From Chloroflexota bacterium (lineage in GTDB: Bacteria > Chloroflexota > UBA11872 > VXOZ01): a DNA stretch of 64,000 bases. The DNA lies in NCBI GenBank assembly GCA_963663275.1, contig OY760183.1, positions 2,848,001 to 2,912,000 of the forward strand, read 5' to 3'. Below, piece by piece: positions 31,683-42,947 of the stretch. Each line of letters begins with the position of its first letter. Position 1 is the stretch's first letter. The notes beneath the pieces were generated by a model. The model was not told the DNA's origin. It did not search any database and saw only the letters and a list, made by a program, of their open reading frames with translations. Made by a program: the position numbers and the translations under genes.

Positions 31683-32003
31683 ATGCAGCGGATTCAATCC
31701 GGCGATCAAGTGGAAATAATGCGGGGCAAGGACCGGGGCAAGCGCGGTCGCGTAATGCGCGTGCTCCTGGCCGACCGGCGCGTGGTGGTGGAAGGCGTCA
31801 ACATCGTCAAGCGCCATCAGCGCCCTATGCCGCCCATGCAGCCCGGCGGCATCATCGAGATGCCGGCGCCGCTGGCGGAGTCGAACGTCAAGATCGTGTG
31901 CCCCAATTGCGACCAGCCGGCCCGCGTCGGCTACCGCATCCTGGAAGACGGCAGCAAGGCGCGCGTGTGCAAGCAATGCAAAGAGATTATCGGCCAAGAG
32001 TAA
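31683..32003 (+). CDS. rplX: 50S ribosomal protein L24
   Basis: GKDRGKRG KOW motif, VEGVN; two CxxC. Confidence 0.97.
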   Translation: MQRIQSGDQVEIMRGKDRGKRGRVMRVLLADRRVVVEGVNIVKRHQRPMPPMQPGGIIEMPAPLAESNVKIVCPNCDQPARVGYRILEDGSKARVCKQCKEIIGQE

Positions 32004-32012
32004 GGATTTCCC

Positions 32013-32600
32013 ATGGCGGCAACCTCGCCGAAGACGGCGAAACCACACATGCAAGAACAGTACGAGAGTGACGTACGCCAAGCCATGATCAGTGAGTTTG
32101 GCTATGCCAGCGTGATGCAGGTACCGAAGATTACCAAGGTGGTGATCAACATCGGCCTCGGCGAGGCTCTGGAAGACGCCCGCGCCCTGGATAACGCCGT
32201 GGGCGACCTGACCACCATTACCGGGCAGAAGCCCATCGTCACCCGCTCCAAGAAGAGCGTCGCGAACTTCAAGCTGCGGGAAAACCAGGCAATCGGCGCT
32301 AAGGTGACGCTGCGCCGCACCCGCATGTATCACTTTCTGGAAAAACTCTTCAACGTGGTGTTTCCGCGCATACGGGACTTTCGCGGCGTGTCTCCCAACG
32401 CGTTCGACGGCCGCGGCAACTACTCGGTGGGCCTGCGCGAGCAACTGGTGTTTCCGGAAATCAACTACGATGAGGTTGATCGAGTGCGCGGGCTGGAGGT
32501 TACGATCGTGACCTCGGCGCGGACCGATGAGGAAGCCCGCTTCCTGCTGCGCGCGCTCGGCATGCCGCTGGCGCAGGAAGCCGCCCAAATCGCAAGCTAG
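32013..32600 (+). CDS. rplE: 50S ribosomal protein L5
   Basis: [21 protein letters not shown]. Confidence 0.98.
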   Translation: MAATSPKTAKPHMQEQYESDVRQAMISEFGYASVMQVPKITKVVINIGLGEALEDARALDNAVGDLTTITGQKPIVTRSKKSVANFKLRENQAIGAKVTLRRTRMYHFLEKLFNVVFPRIRDFRGVSPNAFDGRGNYSVGLREQLVFPEINYDEVDRVRGLEVTIVTSARTDEEARFLLRALGMPLAQEAAQIAS

Positions 32601-32613
32601 GAGAGCAATAGCC

Positions 32614-32823
32614 GTGGCGAAGAAGTCCAAGATTGCCAAGTGGCGCAAGCAGCGGAAATTGCTGCAAGAGGGGCGCATGCAGCATCCCGTGAAGTTTCGC
32701 AACCGCTGCTACCAGTGCGGCCGGCCGCGCGCTTACATGCGCAAATTCGGCCTCTGCCGCATCTGCTTCCGCAGCGCCGCTCTGCAGGGCTTGCTGCCCG
32801 GCGTGACAAAGTCTAGCTGGTAA
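32614..32823 (+). CDS. rpsN: 30S ribosomal protein S14, zinc-binding (C+) type
   Basis: RCYQCGRP...LCRICFR; GTG start. Confidence 0.96.
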   Translation: MAKKSKIAKWRKQRKLLQEGRMQHPVKFRNRCYQCGRPRAYMRKFGLCRICFRSAALQGLLPGVTKSSW

Positions 32824-32846
32824 TAACAGGCGAGAGAAAACCGACC

Positions 32847-33248
32847 ATGACCATGACCGATCCCATTGCCGACATGCTGACGCGGATACGCAACGCCATC
32901 CAGGCGCGCCATACCCACGTCACCATTCCCGCGTCCAAGATGAAGACCGCAATCCTCCGCATCCTCGAAAGAGAAGGCTACATCGGTCAATTCGAGACGG
33001 TGGACCAACAGACGCCCCAGGCCATGCTCAAGGTCAGCCTGAAGTACACCGACGAACGCGATCCCGTGCTGCTGGGGCTGCGCCGCGTGAGCAAGCCCGG
33101 CCTGCGCGTCTACGCGGGCAAAGACGAGATTCCACGGGTCATGGGCGGCATCGGCACCGTCATACTTTCCACCTCCTCCGGCGTGATGACCGGCCGCGAG
33201 GCCTGGCAACGCAAGATCGGCGGAGAGGTTCTCTGTTACGTTTGGTAA
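32847..33248 (+). CDS. rpsH: 30S ribosomal protein S8
   Basis: [20 protein letters not shown]. Confidence 0.98.
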   Translation: MTMTDPIADMLTRIRNAIQARHTHVTIPASKMKTAILRILEREGYIGQFETVDQQTPQAMLKVSLKYTDERDPVLLGLRRVSKPGLRVYAGKDEIPRVMGGIGTVILSTSSGVMTGREAWQRKIGGEVLCYVW

Positions 33249-33259
33249 GGTAATGCGCT

Positions 33260-33811
33260 ATGTCTCGTGTCGGTAGTCAACCGGTTCCCATTCCCAGCGG
33301 CGTTGACGTGAACGTGAACGCCGCGGACGTGCGCGTGAAAGGGCCGAAAGGCGAGTTGCATATCACCGCCGCGCCGGCGATCACGGTGACCGTGGCGGAG
33401 AGCGCCGTACACCTGGAGCGCGCCTCCGAAAGCCGCGAAACCCGCGCGCTGCACGGGCTCACGCGCGCCCTCGTCGCCAACATGGTGCAGGGCGTTACGC
33501 AGGGCTTCAGCAAGACGCTTGAACTGCACGGCACCGGCTACCGCGCGCAAATGGCCGGCAAGAGACTGGTGATGCAGTTGGGCCACTCGCATCCGGTGGA
33601 GTATGAGCCGCCCGCGGGCATTGCGATCGAGGTGGAAAACCCAACCACCATCCACGTTGCGGGCATCGATAAACGCTTGGTAGGCCAGGTGGCGGCGGAC
33701 ATCCGCAAGGCGCGGCCCGTAGAAATCTACCTGGGCAAGGGCATCCGCTACCGCGGCGAGTACGTGCGCCGCAAGGCCGGCAAAGCCGGCAAGATCGGCG
33801 CCGGCGAGTAA
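33260..33811 (+). CDS. rplF: 50S ribosomal protein L6
   Basis: VKGPKGEL, GKGIRY. Confidence 0.98.
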   Translation: MSRVGSQPVPIPSGVDVNVNAADVRVKGPKGELHITAAPAITVTVAESAVHLERASESRETRALHGLTRALVANMVQGVTQGFSKTLELHGTGYRAQMAGKRLVMQLGHSHPVEYEPPAGIAIEVENPTTIHVAGIDKRLVGQVAADIRKARPVEIYLGKGIRYRGEYVRRKAGKAGKIGAGE

Positions 33812-33952
33812 ACGCGCCGAGGCAAGAACAACCAAAGGCGAATTGGACGAAGAGGCGAGCAACAGTCCTAACGGTGCTTCTTGTCCCCTCTCCCCGATGG
33901 AGAGAAGCAGGAAGTTTGACCCCCTCCTGAGGGAGAGAGACAGGGGGTTTGT

Positions 33953-33986
33953 CCCCTCTCCCTGAGGGAGAGGGTTAGGGTGAGGG
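33953..33986 (+). repeat. BoxC-like dispersed repeat CCCTCTCCC-N2-3-GGGAGAGGG(T/C)(T/C)(A/G)GGGTGAGGG
   Basis: Copies at ~16795, 33953, 43858, 51334 and 55017, partial at ~17279. Confidence 0.8.
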
Positions 33987-34020
33987 CGAAAGAACGAGAG
34001 CGAAGAACTGGGAATACCAC

Positions 34021-34398
34021 ATGCGATTAATGCCGGGAAGAAAATCACTGAGCGCGCGGGCGCGCAGACAGCGCCGGGTGCGCGCCAAGATTAGCGGCGT
34101 GGCGGCACGGCCCCGCCTCAACGTCTATCGCAGCAGCCAGCACATCTACGCCCAATTGATAGACGATACCACGCATCACACGCTGGCGGCGGCGTCAACC
34201 CTCGATCCGGACGTGCGCGCGCTGCTGGATGAAAAGCAACCGAAGGCGGCGCAGGCGGCCATGGTCGGGCGGGTCGTGGCGGAGCGCGCCCAGGAACGAG
34301 GCATCGAAGCCGTCGTCTTCGACCGGGGCGGTTACCGTTATCACGGCCGGGTGCGCGCCCTCGCGGAAGCCGCCCGGGAAGCGGGCCTGAAGTTTTGA
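34021..34398 (+). CDS. rplR: 50S ribosomal protein L18
   Basis: [21 protein letters not shown]. Confidence 0.97.
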   Translation: MRLMPGRKSLSARARRQRRVRAKISGVAARPRLNVYRSSQHIYAQLIDDTTHHTLAAASTLDPDVRALLDEKQPKAAQAAMVGRVVAERAQERGIEAVVFDRGGYRYHGRVRALAEAAREAGLKF

Positions 34399-34404
34399 CC
34401 CCTG

Positions 34405-34520
34405 GTAGGGGCACGACATGTCGTGCCCCTACCAGGGGAAATCAACGTCGAGGCACGACGTGTCTTCCCCCTAGCGAAGATGATTGATGCGGAAGCGCGA
34501 CGTGTCGCGCCCCTACCAAG
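34405..34520. repeat. GTAG-type REP family B (GTAGGGGCACGACATGTCGTGCCCCTAC) plus two decayed copies
   Basis: 28-bp palindrome at 34405-34432; also at 48768-48795 and 59010-59037. Confidence 0.8.
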
Positions 34521-34568
34521 AGTGTGGACTTCCGCCTGAACCGAGAACGGCGGAATGGAAAGAGATAG

Positions 34569-35165
34569 GTGAACATGCCGGAACGGGTTTCCATCGACGC
34601 GGCGGCGTTGAATCTCGAAGAGCGCCTGGTGAGCGTCAACCGGGTGGCCAAGGTTGTGCGCGGCGGACGCACGTTCAGCTTCAACGCGGTGGTCGTGGTC
34701 GGCGACGGCGACGGACACGTCGGCATCGGCATCGGCAAAGCGCGCGAGGTGGCGGAAGCCATTCGCAAAGGCGGCGAGAAGGCGCGCAAGGCGCTGGTGC
34801 GCGTGCCCCTGGCCGGCACCACCATTCCGCATGAAATCACCGCCAAGTTCGGCGCTTCCCGCGTGCTGCTCAAACCGGCCGCGCCCGGCACCGGCGTCAT
34901 CGCCGGCGGCCCCGTGCGCGCCGTCGTTGAAATGGCCGGCGTACACGACATTCTCACCAAGTCGCTCGGCTCCAACAACGCCATCAACGTGGTGCGCGCC
35001 ACCATGGCGGCGCTCCAGCAATTGCAGAATCCCGATGAGGCGTACGCGCGCCTGGGTCGTCTCGTGCACCGGCGCAAACCGCCGGCGGAGCAGAGCGCGG
35101 TTCCGGCCGGCGCCGGAGAAGCCGCGCCGCAGGCCCAGGCGGAAGGCGGCGGCAATGACAACTGA
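34569..35165 (+). CDS. rpsE: 30S ribosomal protein S5
   Basis: [18 protein letters not shown]. Confidence 0.98.
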   Translation: MNMPERVSIDAAALNLEERLVSVNRVAKVVRGGRTFSFNAVVVVGDGDGHVGIGIGKAREVAEAIRKGGEKARKALVRVPLAGTTIPHEITAKFGASRVLLKPAAPGTGVIAGGPVRAVVEMAGVHDILTKSLGSNNAINVVRATMAALQQLQNPDEAYARLGRLVHRRKPPAEQSAVPAGAGEAAPQAQAEGGGNDN

Positions 35166-35358
35166 TTCGTCCTCAGCGAAGTCGCTGCGCATCACGCTGC
35201 GCAAGAGCCCGATCGGCTTTCCCAAAGACCAGAAGCAGACTGTGGCCGCCCTGGGGCTCAGGAAACGCGAACAGACCGTGGAACACAACGCAACACCGGC
35301 CGTGCGCGGGATGATCGAGAAAGTCTCTCATCTCGTGCGCGTCGAGGAAGTAGAATAA
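35155..35358 (+). CDS. rpmD: 50S ribosomal protein L30
   Basis: ITLRKSPIG...ALGLRK...[12 protein letters not shown]. Confidence 0.95.
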   Translation: MTTDSSSAKSLRITLRKSPIGFPKDQKQTVAALGLRKREQTVEHNATPAVRGMIEKVSHLVRVEEVE

Positions 35359-35371
35359 GGACCGCAGAGGC

Positions 35372-35833
35372 ATGAAACGACACGCGCTGCGCTCACCGGA
35401 CGGCGCCAAGCGGCCGCGCAAGCGGGTGGCGCGCGGACACGGCGGGCGCGGCCACAAAACCGCCGGGCGGGGCACCAAGGGACAGAAGTCCCGCTCCCAC
35501 GCCGGCGTTCCCGCCTGGTTCGAGGGCGGCCAGACGCCGTTCGTGCGGCGGCTGCCCCATCGGCGCGGCTTTAGCAACGCGCGCTTCCGCGTCGCCTACC
35601 AACCGGTCAACGTCGGCGACCTGGCCCGCGTCTTCGAGAGCGGCGCCACCGTCACACCGGCCGACGTCGTGGCGCGGGGACTCGCCCGCTCCACGCAACT
35701 CAAAGTGCTGGGCGACGGCGACGTCGGCCATCCGCTCACCGTGCACGCGCCCAAGTTTTCCCAGGCCGCCCGCGCCAAGCTGGAGGCGGCCGGCGGCGCT
35801 TGCCACGAAATCGGCAGCGCTGAGGAAGGATAG
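35372..35833 (+). CDS. rplO: 50S ribosomal protein L15
   Basis: GRGTKGQKSR, FEGGQTP. Confidence 0.97.
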   Translation: MKRHALRSPDGAKRPRKRVARGHGGRGHKTAGRGTKGQKSRSHAGVPAWFEGGQTPFVRRLPHRRGFSNARFRVAYQPVNVGDLARVFESGATVTPADVVARGLARSTQLKVLGDGDVGHPLTVHAPKFSQAARAKLEAAGGACHEIGSAEEG

Positions 35834-35839
35834 CGCCGC

Positions 35840-37177
35840 GTGGCCGTACAAACTCCCTCACAGAAGGCGCCGTCGCTCATCCAGGCCGCGTTCAACGCCT
35901 TCAAGCTGCCGGACATCCGGCGCAAATTGCTCTTCACCCTGGCCTTGCTGGCCGTCTTTCGCTTCGTCGCGCACGTCCCGGTGCCGGGCGTAGATCGCCA
36001 GGCACTCAGGGAACTCTTCCAACAGCAGCAGTTCCTCGGCCTGCTCGATATGTTCTCCGGCGGGGCGTTGGCCAACTTCTCCATCGTGGCGATGGGCGTC
36101 TACCCCTACATTACCGCCACCATCATCATGCAACTCATGACGCCGGTCATACCGGCGTTGCAGCAGATGTCGCGGGAAGGCGGTGATAGCGCCCGCCAGC
36201 GCATGAACCAGTACATGCGCATCGGCACCGTGCCCTTGGCCGTCCTGTCGGCGTTCGGGCAGGCGACGATCTTCACACAGATGGGGGTCATTCGCGGCTT
36301 CAATCTCTTCAACGGCGAGACTTTTCTCAGCAGCCTGGCGCTCATCATCAGCATGACCGCGGGCACGATGTTCCTGGTCTGGCTCGGCGAACTCATCACG
36401 GAGAACGGCATTGGGCAGGGCATCTCGCTCATCATCTTCGCCGGCATCGTCGCGCGGCTGCCCACCACCATCGGCCAGGCCGTGCTTGGCCAGACCGGCG
36501 GCGGCGCTACCCTCACGCTCTTGATCATCGGCGCGCTCGCCATTCTCATCGTGGTGGGCATCGTGGTGATGTACGAAGCCCAGCGGCGCATACCCGTCCA
36601 CTACGCCAAGCGCATGCACGGCCGCCGCCAATACGGCGGGCAGACCACGCACATTCCGCTCAAGATCAACTCCGCGGGCATGATTCCCCTCATCTTCGCC
36701 ATTTCGTTCCTGATCTTCCCCAGCACCGTCGCCAGCTACTTCCAGGCTGCCGACGCCGGCTGGATTCGCAGCGTCTCCAGCTTCATCATGGGCGCGTTCG
36801 ACCCGCAAGGCGGGCTCTACTGGTTGCTCTACTTCCTGCTGGTCGTCGCCTTCACCTACTTCTACACCGCCATCATCTTCCAGCAGCAGAATATCCCGGA
36901 GGTGCTGCAGAAGAACGGCGGCTTCATCCCCGGCATTCGACCGGGGCGGCCCACGTCGCAGTATCTCAATAGCGTCATCTTTCGCATCACCCTGGCCGGG
37001 GCGCTCTTCCTGGGGCTCATTGCGGTATCGCCCTTCATCATCCAGGGATTCACCGGCGTGCAGGCGCTCATGCTGAGCAGCACCGGCATGCTCATCGTCG
37101 TCGGCGTCGTGCAGGACACCATGAAGAACCTCGAGGCGCAGTTGCTCATGCGTCAATACGAAGGATTCTTGCGGTAG
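35840..37177 (+). CDS. secY: Preprotein translocase SecY
   Basis: PYITATIIMQL, WLGELITE.GIG, IPGIRPG. Confidence 0.98.
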   Translation: MAVQTPSQKAPSLIQAAFNAFKLPDIRRKLLFTLALLAVFRFVAHVPVPGVDRQALRELFQQQQFLGLLDMFSGGALANFSIVAMGVYPYITATIIMQLMTPVIPALQQMSREGGDSARQRMNQYMRIGTVPLAVLSAFGQATIFTQMGVIRGFNLFNGETFLSSLALIISMTAGTMFLVWLGELITENGIGQGISLIIFAGIVARLPTTIGQAVLGQTGGGATLTLLIIGALAILIVVGIVVMYEAQRRIPVHYAKRMHGRRQYGGQTTHIPLKINSAGMIPLIFAISFLIFPSTVASYFQAADAGWIRSVSSFIMGAFDPQGGLYWLLYFLLVVAFTYFYTAIIFQQQNIPEVLQKNGGFIPGIRPGRPTSQYLNSVIFRITLAGALFLGLIAVSPFIIQGFTGVQALMLSSTGMLIVVGVVQDTMKNLEAQLLMRQYEGFLR

Positions 37178-37902
37178 TGTCGAAGCCGACTTCGTCAACG
37201 ACCGCGGCGGCATCGTCGCAGACGACGGCTTCGGGCGCGCCGGGGCGGGCGAACCTCATCCTGCTCGGCCCGCCCGGCGCGGGCAAAGGCACCCAGGCGC
37301 AAGCCATCGCCGCCCACTTCGGGCTGCACCACCTCACCACCGGCGAACTCTTTCGCCAGCACATGCAGCGCCAGACCCCCCTCGGCGCCCAAGCCAAGGT
37401 CTACTACGATCGCGGCGAATACGTGCCGGACGACCTCGTGGTCGCCATGGTGCGCGAGGAACTCGCGCCGCTGGAGCCGGCGCGCGGCCTGGTGTTGGAC
37501 GGCTTTCCCCGGACCGTTGCGCAGGCCGAAGCGCTGCAAAAGATCCTGCGCGAGCGCGGCCAACGGATCGACGCGGTGATCGAGCTTGCCAGCGACACGG
37601 AGGCAATCGTGCGGCGCGCCCAGGGCCGGAGGATATGCCCCCAGGGGCATACGTATCACACGGATTTCCATCCGCCCCGCGCCGCCGGCCGCTGCGACGT
37701 GGACGACCTGCCGCTCCAGCAGCGGGTTGACGATCGACCGGAAACGGTGCGCCGCCGCATCGAGACCTACCACCAGGAAACGGAACCGCTCCTTGCCTTC
37801 TACACGGAGAAGGATCTCCTGCGCAGTGTGGACGGTACCCGTCCCATCGAGGAAGTAACCGAGCGTATCCAGGCAGTCCTATCCAGCGTCGGCGTGAGTT
37901 AA
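37177..37902 (+). CDS. adk: Adenylate kinase
   Basis: GPPGAGKGTQ, LDGFPRT. Confidence 0.97.
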   Translation: MSKPTSSTTAAASSQTTASGAPGRANLILLGPPGAGKGTQAQAIAAHFGLHHLTTGELFRQHMQRQTPLGAQAKVYYDRGEYVPDDLVVAMVREELAPLEPARGLVLDGFPRTVAQAEALQKILRERGQRIDAVIELASDTEAIVRRAQGRRICPQGHTYHTDFHPPRAAGRCDVDDLPLQQRVDDRPETVRRRIETYHQETEPLLAFYTEKDLLRSVDGTRPIEEVTERIQAVLSSVGVS

Positions 37903-37929
37903 CGACACCCGGCAGGAGAAACCGAGCGC

Positions 37930-38694
37930 GTGCAGATGACAAAAGCAATACGGCTCAAGACCCCGCGCCAGTTGCGCTTCATGCGCCAAGCGGGTAAGAT
38001 AGTAGCAGAAGTCCTTGCGCTTCTCGGCGAGCGCGTGGCGCCCGGTGCGACAACGGCGGAGTTGGACGCGCTGGCGGAAGCCGAGATAAAGAAGCGCGGG
38101 GCTGTGCCGTCTTTCAAGGGGTATCACGGCTTTCCGTGTACAATCTGCGCGTCTGTCAACGAGCAAGTCGTGCACGGCATTCCGGGTGAATACCGCCTGC
38201 GAGAGGGCGACATCCTTAGCATCGACGTCGGCGCCATCTACAAGGGATGGCATGGCGACGCGGCGGTTACCTACGCCGTCGGCCAGGCGAGCGCGGAGGC
38301 CGATAGCGTCATGGCGGCAACCCGCGAGGCGCTGCGGCGCGGCATCGCGGCGGCAACGCCGGGGAACCACCTGGGCGACATTGGCTTTGCCATCCAGTCC
38401 TGGGTAGAGGCGCAAGGATACGGCGTCGTCCGCGACTTTGTGGGACACGGAATCGGAAAGGTGATGCACGAGGCCCCCCAGGTGCCGAACTTTGGGGAAG
38501 CCGGCAATGGCGTAAAACTACGACCCGGCATGACGATTGCGATCGAGCCTATGGTCGCAGTCGGAGATAGTCGCGTTAAAGTGCTCGACGACGGCTGGAC
38601 CGCCGTTACCGTGGACGGCAGCCTCTCCGCCCATTACGAGCACTCCATCGTCATTACGCACAACGGACCGGAGATACTGACCCGCGTCGCCTAG
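37930..38694 (+). CDS. map: Methionine aminopeptidase type I
   Basis: [29 protein letters not shown]. Confidence 0.97.
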   Translation: MQMTKAIRLKTPRQLRFMRQAGKIVAEVLALLGERVAPGATTAELDALAEAEIKKRGAVPSFKGYHGFPCTICASVNEQVVHGIPGEYRLREGDILSIDVGAIYKGWHGDAAVTYAVGQASAEADSVMAATREALRRGIAAATPGNHLGDIGFAIQSWVEAQGYGVVRDFVGHGIGKVMHEAPQVPNFGEAGNGVKLRPGMTIAIEPMVAVGDSRVKVLDDGWTAVTVDGSLSAHYEHSIVITHNGPEILTRVA

Positions 38695-38716
38695 CCCTGT
38701 AATCTTGGAGTTTTGC

Positions 38717-38941
38717 GTGCCGAAGAAGAAGGACACAATCGAGATCGAAGGCGTGGTGCGGGACGTGCTGCCAAACGCCGTGTTCCGCGTGGAACTGGAC
38801 AACGGACATGAAGTCACGGCCCACCTATCGGGTAAGTTGCGGCTCAACTTCATTCGCGTCGGCGCGGGCGATCGGGTTACGGTGGAACTCTCGCCGTACG
38901 ACCTCACCCGCGGCCGGATTACGTGGCGGGGGAGGAGGTAA
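38717..38941 (+). CDS. infA: Translation initiation factor IF-1
   Basis: [24 protein letters not shown]. Confidence 0.97.
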   Translation: MPKKKDTIEIEGVVRDVLPNAVFRVELDNGHEVTAHLSGKLRLNFIRVGAGDRVTVELSPYDLTRGRITWRGRR

Positions 38942-38946
38942 GCCTC

Positions 38947-39060
38947 ATGAAAGTTCAGGCGTCTGTCAGGCGGCGCTGCGAAAAGTGCAAAGTGGTACGG
39001 CGCAAACGGGTGGTGCGCATCATCTGCACCAATCCCAAACACAAACAGCGCCAAGGGTAG
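38947..39060 (+). CDS. rpmJ: 50S ribosomal protein L36 (below the ORF-track cutoff)
   Basis: Translates to [37 protein letters not shown]. Confidence 0.97.
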   Translation: MKVQASVRRRCEKCKVVRRKRVVRIICTNPKHKQRQG

Positions 39061-39115
39061 AACCGGGGGAACGCGCGACCACAGCGGGCCGCGCGCTGTT
39101 CACAGGAGGAGCAGC

Positions 39116-39499
39116 ATGGCACGAATTGTAGGCGTTGACCTGCCGCGAGATAAGCATGTCTGGGTAGGGCTGACGTACATCTACGGCATCGGGCGCACCA
39201 CGGCCTACGACTTGCTCGAGAGAGCACAGGTGCCGTCCAACACGAAAGTGCAGGACCTCACGGAAGACGAGGTGAATCGCATCCGCGAGGCCATTACCGC
39301 CAACCTTACGGTGGAAGGCGACCTGCGCCGCGAAGTCCAGCAGAACATCGGGCGGCTCATCGAAATCGGCTGCTACCGCGGCATGCGCCACCGGCGCGGA
39401 CTGCCCACGCAGGGCCAGCGCACGCGCACCAACGCGCGCACCCGCAAGGGACGGCCCAAGACGGTTGCCGGCCGCAAGCGCGCGGTCGTGAAGAAGTAA
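39116..39499 (+). CDS. rpsM: 30S ribosomal protein S13
   Basis: [18 protein letters not shown]. Confidence 0.98.
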   Translation: MARIVGVDLPRDKHVWVGLTYIYGIGRTTAYDLLERAQVPSNTKVQDLTEDEVNRIREAITANLTVEGDLRREVQQNIGRLIEIGCYRGMRHRRGLPTQGQRTRTNARTRKGRPKTVAGRKRAVVKK

Positions 39500-39522
39500 G
39501 TTCAACCAAAGGTTAACGATTC

Positions 39523-39912
39523 ATGCCGGAAACACGCTCTCGCCCACGGCGGCGCGAACGACGCACCGTGGCGCGCGGCAAGGCGTTCATTCAGTCCACG
39601 TTCAACAACACGCTCATTACCATTACGGACATGAACGGGAATACCCTGTGCTGGGCGAGTTCCGGCTCGGCCGGCTTCAAGGGTTCCCGCAAAGGCACGC
39701 CCTATGCCGCGCAGGTGGCGGCGGAAACGGTGGCGCGCAAAGCCACCGACTTTGGCATGGGGCAGGTGGAGATTTCGGTGAAAGGCCCGGGCTCCGGGCG
39801 CGAATCCGCCATCCGCTCGCTCCAGGCCGGCGGCCTGCAAGTGGTGAGCATTACCGACGTTACGCCCGTGCCGCACAACGGCCCGCGCCCGCCGCGGCGC
39901 AGGCGCGTGTAG
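39523..39912 (+). CDS. rpsK: 30S ribosomal protein S11
   Basis: [15 protein letters not shown]. Confidence 0.98.
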   Translation: MPETRSRPRRRERRTVARGKAFIQSTFNNTLITITDMNGNTLCWASSGSAGFKGSRKGTPYAAQVAAETVARKATDFGMGQVEISVKGPGSGRESAIRSLQAGGLQVVSITDVTPVPHNGPRPPRRRRV

Positions 39913-39974
39913 GCGGCGACCGCGACGACGTCCGCGACGAGTTTACAGCAGCAAGCTAGTTCTGAGGAGAATCT

Positions 39975-40604
39975 ATGGCACGATACGTTGGCCCCGTGTG
40001 TCGGCTGTGCCGCCGGGAAGGGCAGAAACTCTTCCTGAAAGGCGACAAGTGCTTCACGCCCAAGTGCCCGGTCGAAAAGCGGAAGAACCCGCCGGGAATG
40101 CACGGCCAAATGCGGCGCAGGCTTTCCGATTACGGCCTGCGTTTGCGGGAAAAGCAGAAGGCCCGGCGCATGTACGGCATATTCGAACGCCAGTTTCGCA
40201 AGTACTTCGCACTCGCGACGTCCCGGCCGGGCGTGACCGGCACGACTCTCCTGCAATTGCTCGAGAGCCGGCTGGATAACGTCGTCTATCGCCTGGGGTT
40301 CGCGTCGTCGCGCGCCGCGGCGCGGCAGATCGTGCGCCACGGCCACTTCACCCTCAACGGCCGCAAGTGCGACATTCCCTCGGCCCTGGTTGGCGAGGGC
40401 GACGTGGTAAGCGTGAAGTCCAACAGCCGCAACAATGAATACTTCAAGCTCCAAACCGCCAGGCTGGATTCGGTAGCAGTGCCGAATTGGCTGGCCACCG
40501 ACCGGGAGAATCTGGAAGGCAAAGTGCTCTCCTTGCCCACGCGGCAGGAGATCGACGCCGACCTCAACGAGCAACTGATCGTCGAGTACTACTCCCGTCG
40601 CTAA
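39975..40604 (+). CDS. rpsD: 30S ribosomal protein S4
   Basis: [19 protein letters not shown]. Confidence 0.98.
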   Translation: MARYVGPVCRLCRREGQKLFLKGDKCFTPKCPVEKRKNPPGMHGQMRRRLSDYGLRLREKQKARRMYGIFERQFRKYFALATSRPGVTGTTLLQLLESRLDNVVYRLGFASSRAAARQIVRHGHFTLNGRKCDIPSALVGEGDVVSVKSNSRNNEYFKLQTARLDSVAVPNWLATDRENLEGKVLSLPTRQEIDADLNEQLIVEYYSRR

Positions 40605-40711
40605 GCTATCGGCCCGCTCTTCCCGCGCGCGGGAGCGGTGGGCCGCTTATTGCGTCATCGACGAAGCCAGCACATTCATGAGCAAATCCGTGTACTGGGA
40701 GGTAATTCCCT

Positions 40712-41695
40712 TTGGAACTGCAGGAAGTACAACCCGAAGTCAGAGTCGTTGAGAGCGAAGGCAACTACGGCCATTTCCGCATCGAGCCGCTGAAGCGCGG
40801 CTACGGCCACACGCTCGGAAATGCCCTGCGCCGCGTGCTCCTCTCGTCCCTGCCGGGCGCTGCCATTTCATCGATCCGCATTACCGGGGTACTCCACGAG
40901 TTTGCCGACGTTCTCGGCGTTACCGAAGACGTTACACAAATCATCCTCAATATCAAACGCATTCGCCTGACGTGCACCCTCGACCAGCCGGTGGAGCTCT
41001 ACCTCTCCGTCAAGAAGGAAGGCGTCGCCACCGCCGGGGACATCCAATGCCCGCCTGAGGTCAACATCGTCAATCCGGAGCAACCGCTCGCCACGCTGGA
41101 TTCCGACGACGCCGAACTGGAAATGTACCTGACGGTGGAACGGGGCATCGGCTTCACGCTCTCCGATACCCAGGAGGATACGCCCATCGGCGTTATCCCC
41201 GTAGACGCGATTTTCACCCCAATCCGCCGCGTGGAGTACCGCGTGGAGCACGCCCGCGTCGGCCAGGTGACCGACCTGGACTCCCTTATCCTGCGCGTGT
41301 GGACCGACGGCACGTTGACCCCCGAAACCGCGCTGAGCCAGAGCGGGCAGATCCTCTGCGATTACTTCACGCTCATCAGCGGCTTCCATCCGCTGGCGCA
41401 ACGCATCGAAGTGGGGATCGCCCGGCCGAATACGATTGCGTCAACACCCCTGGAGTCGCTGCAACTCCAGAACCGCGCTTACAACGCCCTGCGGCGCGGC
41501 GGCATCAGCACCGTGGAGCAACTCCTGGCAATGGACGAAGACAGCCTGCTGAAGATCCAGGGCTTGGGCGAAAAGACCCTCTCCGAGGTCAAGGAGAAAC
41601 TGGCGCAGAGCGACCTCTTCCTGACGGAATCGGACGGCGCGGAAGGCGCTGAGGGCGCGGAGGACGCTGAGGAAGTAGAGGAGGTGCCCGTGTGA
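40712..41695 (+). CDS. rpoA: RNA polymerase alpha subunit
   Basis: EPLKRGYGHTLGNALRRVLLSSLPG. Confidence 0.98.
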   Translation: MELQEVQPEVRVVESEGNYGHFRIEPLKRGYGHTLGNALRRVLLSSLPGAAISSIRITGVLHEFADVLGVTEDVTQIILNIKRIRLTCTLDQPVELYLSVKKEGVATAGDIQCPPEVNIVNPEQPLATLDSDDAELEMYLTVERGIGFTLSDTQEDTPIGVIPVDAIFTPIRRVEYRVEHARVGQVTDLDSLILRVWTDGTLTPETALSQSGQILCDYFTLISGFHPLAQRIEVGIARPNTIASTPLESLQLQNRAYNALRRGGISTVEQLLAMDEDSLLKIQGLGEKTLSEVKEKLAQSDLFLTESDGAEGAEGAEDAEEVEEVPV

Positions 41696-42045
41696 GAAAG
41701 CGAGTAACCGTACGCCGTCTCAACCGCGCGAAACACAAGCGCGAGGCCCTCTGCCGCGGCCTGCTCAGCACGCTGGTGCTGAACGGCGAGGTGCATACCA
41801 CCTCCGCCCGCGCCAAAGAGGTCCGCTCACGCGCGGAGCGGCTGATCACCCTGGCCAAGCGCGGCGACCTGCACGCCCGGCGGCTGGCGCTCTCACGCCT
41901 GCCCCACCAGGAGGCCGTGCGCCACCTGTTCGATGAACTCGGCCCCCGCTACGCCGAAAGGCCGGGCGGGTACACGCGCACCTACCGCCTGGGCACGCGC
42001 CGCGGCGACGGCGCGCCCCTGATGATGGTGCAGTTGGTGGAATAG
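41692..42045 (+). CDS. rplQ: 50S ribosomal protein L17
   Basis: ERLITLAK, RPGGYTR, RRGDGA. Confidence 0.97.
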   Translation: MRKRVTVRRLNRAKHKREALCRGLLSTLVLNGEVHTTSARAKEVRSRAERLITLAKRGDLHARRLALSRLPHQEAVRHLFDELGPRYAERPGGYTRTYRLGTRRGDGAPLMMVQLVE

Positions 42046-42143
42046 CCCGCGCCGGCGCGCGGGATGAACGCCCACCGGCGCGGCTTGATGTAGAATAGGA
42101 GCAGAACCAGAACGCCAAGAAGCGCACGCAAGAATCCGGGTAC

Positions 42144-42947
42144 ATGGCTCGCGCAGGAGACGGCGGCGCGCGAAAATTTCGTTGCCGCGTGGCCTACGAC
42201 GGCACGCCGTACAGCGGCTTTCAGGCGCAAGCCGGCCGGCCCACGGTGCAGCAGGCATTGGAAGCGGCGCTGGAGCGCGTAACGCGCCAGGCCACGCGCG
42301 TAGTGCCCGCCGGACGCACGGACGCCGGCGTGCACGCCGCCGGACAGGTGATTCACTTCCTCTCCGGTTGGCCGCATGAGCCGGACGACCTGGAGCGCGC
42401 GCTGAACGCCCTGCTGCCGGAAACGGTGGCCGTGGCCGCGCTGGAGGAAGCGGGCCCGGATTTTCACGCGCGCTACAGCGCGCTGAGCCGGCGCTACCGG
42501 TACGACATCTGGAACGGCCCGCTCCGCTCGCCCCTGCGGCAGCGGTTTACGCTTCACCGGGCCCGCCCGCTGGACGCCGACGCCATGCACCAGGCGTTGC
42601 AGTGCCTGCTGGGCACGCACGACTGCCGGGCGTTTGCGGCGGGAGAAGATCCGGAAGCATCCACGGTGCGCGAAATCTTGAACGCGGCCTGCCGGCGAGA
42701 CGGAGAGATGGTGCGCATAGGCGTTGAAGCAAACGCCTTCGTGCGCCACATGATGCGGCGGATCGTGGGAACCCTGTTGGAAATCGGGGAAGGACGCAAA
42801 CCCCCGGCTCACATGGAACGAGTATTGCACAGCGGAGACAAGGCGCTGGCCGGGCCTACGGTTCCGGCCAAAGGGCTGTTCCTTGTTCGGGTTGCGTACC
42901 CCGACGCGCCGGCCCCTAAGACGACGAAAGAGGACCAAGAAGCATGA
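42144..42947 (+). CDS. truA: tRNA pseudouridine(38-40) synthase
   Basis: [28 protein letters not shown]. Confidence 0.97.
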   Translation: MARAGDGGARKFRCRVAYDGTPYSGFQAQAGRPTVQQALEAALERVTRQATRVVPAGRTDAGVHAAGQVIHFLSGWPHEPDDLERALNALLPETVAVAALEEAGPDFHARYSALSRRYRYDIWNGPLRSPLRQRFTLHRARPLDADAMHQALQCLLGTHDCRAFAAGEDPEASTVREILNAACRRDGEMVRIGVEANAFVRHMMRRIVGTLLEIGEGRKPPAHMERVLHSGDKALAGPTVPAKGLFLVRVAYPDAPAPKTTKEDQEA

